A DNA stretch of 62,717 bases, counting the filler, from a candidate division TA06 bacterium SM23_40 (GTDB lineage: Bacteria > LJUI01 > SM1-40): the NCBI GenBank assembly GCA_001303705.1. It is 6 parts of 6 records of this genome, joined end to end, with 100 filler letters (N's around TTAATTAATTAA, not from the genome) between each part and the next. Parts side by side here need not be neighbours in the genome. Positions count along the whole stretch, not along the records: positions 55,366 to 62,717 come from LJUI01000127.1; 5 more parts are not named here. One strand, given 5' to 3'. This document shows positions 57,377 to 62,717 of the stretch, piece by piece. The position numbers were made by a program, and so were the translations under genes. How positions within the stretch are numbered: the first letter of the stretch is position 1; each line of letters starts with the position of its first letter. The notes under the pieces were generated by a model that was given only the letters and a program-made list of their open reading frames with translations, did not search any database and was not told where the DNA came from.

Positions 57377-58417
57377 TCACAGTTCCGTCCAGCCAGGATC
57401 TGCGAGGAATTCCTCCATGAGCCGGAATTTCCTCTCGTCGGGCAGCCACGAGACGTCGATCGCCTGGAGGATCACTTTCCTTATGTCGTCTCGCGTGAAC
57501 CCCAGATGCCGTCGGAGCAACGAGTACTCGTCCGCAAGCGACGTCCCGAAGAGCGCGGGGTCATCCGTGTTGATGCAGATGGGGATCCCCCGCTCGAAGT
57601 AGATCCTCGCGGGGTGCTCTTCGATCGAGCCGATCGCGCCGGTCCGTAGATTCGAGACAGGACAGAGCTCGAGTGGGATCGCATGCTGCGCCAGATAGTC
57701 GACCAGAGTCTCGTCTTCGCGTGCCGTGGTGGCGTGGCCGATCCGATCCGTGCGAAGTGAGCGGATCACCCCCCACACGCTCTCAGGCCCGCAGACTTCT
57801 CCCGCGTGAGCAGTGGTTCTGAACCCGAGTTCTCGCGCCCGCTCATACACACCCTCGAATACCTCCGGCGGGACCAATTGCTCCGACCCGCCGATACCGA
57901 CACCGATGACGCCGAGGTCGCGGACCTCGTTCATCTTCTCGAGGACGAGTGAGGCGGTTTCCGGGCCGAAGTCACGCACCAGATCTGCGACGAGAGCAAC
58001 CTGAATGCCCGGCACTCGATCGAGACCTTCCCGTATCGCCTCAGTGAGCGCCTGGGGCTCGAGCCCGAACCTTCTGAAGTCCGCCGGCGAGAAGGACACC
58101 TCGATATATCGAATGTTCTGGGCCGCCAGGTCCTGAGCGACGGCTTCTGCCACGGACGTGAAGTCCTCGTACTCGCGAAGGAACTGGTTCTTCCACACCC
58201 AGGTATCGATGAAGTGCGGGAAGTCCGTGTACGTGAACTTCAGAGCAAGGGCCTGTCGATCCGGCGTGGACGGGTCTCCCCCGTACTTCTGGATCAGCTG
58301 CCACAGTGCAGCCAGCGGGATCGCTCCCTCTAGATGAAGGTGAAGCTCCACCTTGGGAAGCCGCTCCAACCATGCACGCTCTTGCTCTGGCGAATCGATG
58401 GGATCGAAGCTCATCAC
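57377..58417 (-). CDS. add: Adenosine deaminase
   Basis: LPKVELHLHLEG, TAHAGE, DRIGH, CPVSN and INTDDP motifs. Confidence 0.93.
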   Translation of the reverse strand: MMSFDPIDSPEQERAWLERLPKVELHLHLEGAIPLAALWQLIQKYGGDPSTPDRQALALKFTYTDFPHFIDTWVWKNQFLREYEDFTSVAEAVAQDLAAQNIRYIEVSFSPADFRRFGLEPQALTEAIREGLDRVPGIQVALVADLVRDFGPETASLVLEKMNEVRDLGVIGVGIGGSEQLVPPEVFEGVYERARELGFRTTAHAGEVCGPESVWGVIRSLRTDRIGHATTAREDETLVDYLAQHAIPLELCPVSNLRTGAIGSIEEHPARIYFERGIPICINTDDPALFGTSLADEYSLLRRHLGFTRDDIRKVILQAIDVSWLPDERKFRLMEEFLADPGWTEL

Positions 58418-58492
58418 GGAGGGTTCCGATCGTCAGTTGCGCCAGTCGTGATCGAAGATTCGCAGTAACCATTCACTTCCGTCACTGTCGGC

Positions 58493-58521
58493 AGTATACT
58501 AGTGCCACCTCGAGCAGTCAA
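58493..58521 (-). promoter_or_regulatory. Putative sigma70 promoter for add
   Basis: Minus strand reads TTGACT-N17-TATACT. Confidence 0.55.
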
Positions 58522-58627
58522 GATACCGGGCCGCCCACGATCCCTGAAGATCCGGTTGGCCCCCACCCGACGGGCTTCTCTATTCAACCGGAGGCGGCAC
58601 AATCGCCAGCTCGATACACTCCTCTGC

Positions 58628-61465
58628 TCAGATGACCATCTGCACGAGCGGAAAACCGGGAACCCCGACCCCGCCGAGAGAGGACATAGCGTGACGCTTG
58701 CTCAGGTGTATCCGGTCATTCGGGACTGCTGGAAGCGGTACGGCATCACGATGGGAGTTCGCGCTGCGTGATGGCCGGCATCCCCATCGCTCCTCAAAGA
58801 AAGCCACGAATTCCGCCACGGCCTCAGCCAGGAAATCCACTCCGCCGAGTTCGAATGACGTCCCAATCGTATGGCCGCCCGCCGGACTCTCGCCAGCCAC
58901 CCCCACCCCGATGTTGTAGACCGGCTCGCAGAGAACGACCTCGCCAGGTGGCATCGCATCCAGCAGGTCAAGCCAGCTGTTTTCGCCGAAATAGGGAGAA
59001 CTCAGGGCAGCCAGTCCGGGCATGAGCGTATTCTCGACGCCGTCTACGTTGTACAGATCACTCCAGCAGTTGCAAGTGCTGGTGATCCTGAAACTGGGAC
59101 CGAAGTTGTGGCCACCCGCAGGCGGATCCTCATACCAGACATCCCCACCCTCCATGCAGACGTTCCCGCCGGTAGCGATGTACTCCTCAATCTGGGCAGC
59201 CTCCGGCGAGCCCTCCAGGATCATGGCGTTGTTGGGGTAGATACCCAAGCAGATAAAGATCCCCTGGAAGTCGTGCAGATTGTATCTCCCGAGAGGACCC
59301 TCCACGAACTCGGCACTCCTGCCGATGGCGCTGAGCGCATCCGTGATCGGCACGCCGCTGATCGGCGTCAGATCCGGCTCCCAGATGAGGTAGTCAGATG
59401 TCGAAGCCACCCTGAACGAGAAGCTATCCTCATCGTAGAGCGTCCCTGGGGGCACGCCGATCATCGACCGATACCTATACTCACCACACGGCGCCGCGGC
59501 CGGGACGTCGTGAGCGACCTGCTGCTGCACTGTGTGCTCGGCAGGCAACGTGTAGTGGTCCGGCCCCATCACTCTCAGGGTATCTCCGCCAGGGAGGATC
59601 GCTTCGCTCAGCACCCAGAAGGGCTCCGGCTCTGTCCGACGGTTGATCGCAGTGTAGACCACGCCGAGTTCGCCGCCGGGAGCAACCTCCCTCCTAACCG
59701 GCGTCAGATAGAGCGTGAGGTAGTCGCCCTGGTCGAAGAAGTGCGCCCCCATGTCACGCCACGTGCCATCGGGATCCAGGTCCATCGAGTCAGGACGTCC
59801 GGCATCGATGCACGGTGAACCCCACAGCAGACGGTAATCGCCGTAGGTAGGCGACACCCAGCAGGGATCGGCGTCGATGTTTCCCGTCCCCTGCCAGCCT
59901 CCTTCGATATCGGAATAATCGACGCTGATCGCACCTCCGCTCTCGACATGTATCTCGGGGTCAACGTCCGCACTATCACCCCACAGGATGGAATTGAGGA
60001 CCATCAGGAAAGAACCCTGCCGGCAGGATATCCCGCCACCCCAGGCAGCCGTGTTGTCGGTGAACGTGTTCCGCTCCACTATCAGATCGGAGCTCCAGCC
60101 CAGGAGACCGCCCCCATCTTCCTCCGCCCTGTTGTCCACAATCGTGTTTTCAGCGATCGTGGCCGGAGGATAGAAAAAGTGGCCCACGCACAGAATGCCT
60201 CCCCCGTACGTTGCCGTATTCCCGGCTATCGTATTCGCGACGATCTCCACAGGACCCGGGGGATATGGATTCCAGCAGCAGACACCACCGCCCCACGTGC
60301 CTGTGTTGTCGGTGATCGTGTTCCCCTCGACGACCGCCGTGCCTCCGTACGAGTACACCCCGCCGGCGTCAATGTCGGCCGCATTACCCGCGATCGTGTT
60401 GTTGACAACAGTGAGCGACGCGCCCAACCCGATGATTCCGCCACCGCGCTCAGACGTATTCTCGACGATCGTATTCCCTTCGATGATCGGACACGACCCA
60501 TAGCCGCAATAGATCCCTCCACCCCATTGCATGACGGCCGTATTCTCCGCGATGACATTATCGAGGATCATCGGGGAACAGTCATCATCAGCGCATATGC
60601 CGCCGCCGTTATCGTCGGCCGTATTGCCCGTGACGGTATTGCCTTCGATGGTCGGAAATGACTCGGGGGCGCAGTAGATCCCGCCGCCGTCTCCGAGACA
60701 GGTATTCCCGGCGACCGTGTTGCCCTCGATAGTCCGAAATGACTCGTGGGCACAGTAGATCCCTCCGCCGTCGTCAAGACAGGTATTCCCGCTGATCATG
60801 TTGCCCTCGACGGCCGGTGAAGAGTAGTCGCAGTATATGCCGCCGCCGTCTCCGTACGCGGCTGCGTTCCACGCGATCACATTGTTCGTGATCGTAGGAC
60901 AGGCGTTATCGCAAAAGATGCCTCCCCCTCCATAGCAGGTCGCCGTGTTCATCGTGATCGTGTTGCCGACGATAACGGGGGAACAATCCCGGCAATAGAT
61001 ACCGCCGCCGTACACATAGGCTGTGTTCTCAGTGATCTCGTTTCCCTCGATGACAGGAGACGAGGCATCGCAGAAAATCCCACCTCCGGGCGCCTGCGGA
61101 AAGGGCCCGAACCCATACCCGTGCCGGATGCCGAACCCCCTCAGCACAGAGCCCGGGCCCTCTCCCGTGTGGAAATAGAAGCCACGGTGGGGTTCCTCCG
61201 GGCTTCCCCCGCAGTTGATGACCGTGGCTTGCGGCCCGTTCTCCGACGTCACGAGGATCGCCTTCCCCAGAAAATCGAGGTCCCGGTTTCCGTCCCCGCC
61301 GTACCAGCCGTCGGCAACGAGAACCGTATCGCCGTCGACCGCAGCGTCGATTCCTGCCTGGATCGTCGTATGTTGCTGCGGCACGTGGATCACAGTGGCC
61401 GCGGTGGTGGAGAAGAGGAAGGCCACAAGAGCGGATGCTGCCACCAGTAGCCATAATCGTCTCAT
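58628..61465 (-). CDS. Large secreted parallel beta-helix protein with an internal shared module and an extra C-terminal alpha/beta domain
   Basis: Signal peptide from ATG 61465; about 15 GGGI.C repeats; LYLTP...LYDEDSFSF module followed by an IFICLGIYPNN...EGGDVW domain. Confidence 0.83.
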   Translation of the reverse strand: MRRLWLLVAASALVAFLFSTTAATVIHVPQQHTTIQAGIDAAVDGDTVLVADGWYGGDGNRDLDFLGKAILVTSENGPQATVINCGGSPEEPHRGFYFHTGEGPGSVLRGFGIRHGYGFGPFPQAPGGGIFCDASSPVIEGNEITENTAYVYGGGIYCRDCSPVIVGNTITMNTATCYGGGGIFCDNACPTITNNVIAWNAAAYGDGGGIYCDYSSPAVEGNMISGNTCLDDGGGIYCAHESFRTIEGNTVAGNTCLGDGGGIYCAPESFPTIEGNTVTGNTADDNGGGICADDDCSPMILDNVIAENTAVMQWGGGIYCGYGSCPIIEGNTIVENTSERGGGIIGLGASLTVVNNTIAGNAADIDAGGVYSYGGTAVVEGNTITDNTGTWGGGVCCWNPYPPGPVEIVANTIAGNTATYGGGILCVGHFFYPPATIAENTIVDNRAEEDGGGLLGWSSDLIVERNTFTDNTAAWGGGISCRQGSFLMVLNSILWGDSADVDPEIHVESGGAISVDYSDIEGGWQGTGNIDADPCWVSPTYGDYRLLWGSPCIDAGRPDSMDLDPDGTWRDMGAHFFDQGDYLTLYLTPVRREVAPGGELGVVYTAINRRTEPEPFWVLSEAILPGGDTLRVMGPDHYTLPAEHTVQQQVAHDVPAAAPCGEYRYRSMIGVPPGTLYDEDSFSFRVASTSDYLIWEPDLTPISGVPITDALSAIGRSAEFVEGPLGRYNLHDFQGIFICLGIYPNNAMILEGSPEAAQIEEYIATGGNVCMEGGDVWYEDPPAGGHNFGPSFRITSTCNCWSDLYNVDGVENTLMPGLAALSSPYFGENSWLDLLDAMPPGEVVLCEPVYNIGVGVAGESPAGGHTIGTSFELGGVDFLAEAVAEFVAFFEERWGCRPSRSANSHRDAVPLPAVPNDRIHLSKRHAMSSLGGVGVPGFPLVQMVI

Positions 61466-61656
61466 TCCTCTCACCCTCCTCATATCGATGCCGTCGACTA
61501 CCCTTGCCACCCATTACCGTCTGAGCGTGAATCGGCCTCTGTCACCCTCTCGGTCTGCGTCCGCCATCATCCCGGCGACCGTCGCCGTCTGTCAGCATCT
61601 CAGCAACGGTCGTCGCATCCGCAGGCGGCACCGGTCATTCCCCCTCCACATGCGCG

Positions 61657-62717
61657 CTACGCCATCCGTCCTCTGTCCGCGAATTCGGCATGTTGACACG
61701 TGGCCTGTCGGGCGCTCTCTTCGGCAGCCTGTCGAGCCCGCTCATCGGTCTCTTTCTGGCGTATCGTGGCTGCATGGGCGAGCACCATGCATCGGCGGCA
61801 CGTGGCGATGTCGAGCTTGCGTCGCCGCAGGTGGAGCCGCCTCGCCTCCTTCAGTGCCGGACTCATCCAGACGTCCTGGATGGAGTCTCTGTAGGCGTTG
61901 TTGGTCACTAGAGACGTACCAAGGTCGTGGGTACAGCACACGTACACCGAGCCGTCGTACCGCACCTTGAGGAATTTCCAGATGGGGATGCATGGCGCCA
62001 TCAGCGTCGGCTGATGACGAATAGCCTGGTATCCCGTCGCCTCTGCCTGCGACAGGATCGACTCCGCCTCATCCATCGGGACCCAGCTGATGAGCCCGGT
62101 GATTTTGATCCCATCGTGGTCCTCCAGATGCTCCTGCCAGTACGTGCGGAATGCTCCCACTTCATGCTCGTTCTGGGCCGTCTGTATCATGCGCATGAGG
62201 ATCCGTGGTCTGCCATTACCCCTGCTCCGCCTCAATTCGATCAGCCGGTGCATATTCTCGAGTACCCGGTCGTATCTTGCCCCAACCCTCATCGCCTCAT
62301 ATGTCTCTTTTGTTGCTCCGTCGATCGTGACGGCGATCTCCTCCACCCCGAGATCGACGAGCAGCGACGCCCTCTCATGGTCGAGAAGCGTGCCGTTCGT
62401 CAAGATCCACATCGGGGCGACGCCCGCACGCTTGGCGTAGGCGACGTACTCCTCCCACCGAGGATGTACCATCGACTCGCCCCGCCCGCCCAGAACGAGG
62501 AATACCCCCTTATGGAGGATAACTTCGTCGACTATTTTTCGGAACAGATCCTCAGCCATGAACCCGTGGTCCAGGATCTCCGACCGCTGCGGACACATGG
62601 GGCATCGCAGATTGCACTTGGTAGTCAGCTCTGCCGCAACGGAGGGAGGAAACGCAATCAGCCGCTCCCACGGGACCCACGACAGAACCCTCCCTGCACG
62701 CTCCTGCCTGAACAGAG
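61657..62717 (-). CDS. Radical SAM / SPASM-twitch protein (5'-truncated by window edge)
   Basis: The frame is open to the window end; ELTTKCNLRCPMC, GRGES, TNGTLL and C...DGSVYVCC...C..C motifs. Confidence 0.88.
   Translation of the reverse strand, partial: LFRQERAGRVLSWVPWERLIAFPPSVAAELTTKCNLRCPMCPQRSEILDHGFMAEDLFRKIVDEVILHKGVFLVLGGRGESMVHPRWEEYVAYAKRAGVAPMWILTNGTLLDHERASLLVDLGVEEIAVTIDGATKETYEAMRVGARYDRVLENMHRLIELRRSRGNGRPRILMRMIQTAQNEHEVGAFRTYWQEHLEDHDGIKITGLISWVPMDEAESILSQAEATGYQAIRHQPTLMAPCIPIWKFLKVRYDGSVYVCCTHDLGTSLVTNNAYRDSIQDVWMSPALKEARRLHLRRRKLDIATCRRCMVLAHAATIRQKETDERARQAAEESARQATCQHAEFADRGRMA

Noticed and set aside
60639-60800. 81-bp internal near-duplication in the large beta-helix gene
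   Set aside because: This is ordinary in-frame expansion of one 27-aa beta-helix coil.

Overview
This high-GC bacterial window is not contiguous. It is six contigs joined by 100-bp N44-TTAATTAATTAA-N44 linkers (24415-24514, 32540-32639, 40177-40276, 47794-47893, 55266-55365), so it probably comes from a draft or metagenome-assembled genome. The many secreted proteins with FlgD-Ig/T9SS-type C-terminal domains suggest an FCB-related anaerobe (inference). Contig 1 is mostly housekeeping: TonB receptor end, MFS transporter, SPFH-NfeD, ecfT-truA-fsa-degP-purB-purC, three GGDEF genes, a B12 radical SAM, RNase E/G, a HEAT + HD-GYP pair, tRNA-Leu(GAG) and a lysine-ketoglutarate reductase/saccharopine dehydrogenase pair. 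Contig 2 is a tandem array of secreted beta-helix/beta-propeller proteins with FlgD-Ig tails. Contig 3 has pyrG, kdsB and three M14 carboxypeptidases. Contig 4 is an HdrA/MvhD/HdrD-like cluster in which two genes have in-frame UGA codons followed by SECIS-like hairpins. Contig 5 has small accessory genes, zf-TFIIB-lemA-htpX and an IS end. Contig 6 has beta-helix proteins, adenosine deaminase and a radical SAM/SPASM protein. The most unexplained signal is a 28-bp two-subtype repeat (GGGGACGTTGGTAGGTTCAGAAGGTTAT / GGGGACGTACCTGGGTTTTGAAGGTTAT). It clusters just after stop codons on four contigs, always in the transcribed orientation, with truncations and flank duplications that break after nucleotide 11. 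Also notable are a degenerate GGDEF domain fused to a histone-H1-like tail and an unnamed ~100-aa C-terminal module shared by six unrelated secreted proteins.
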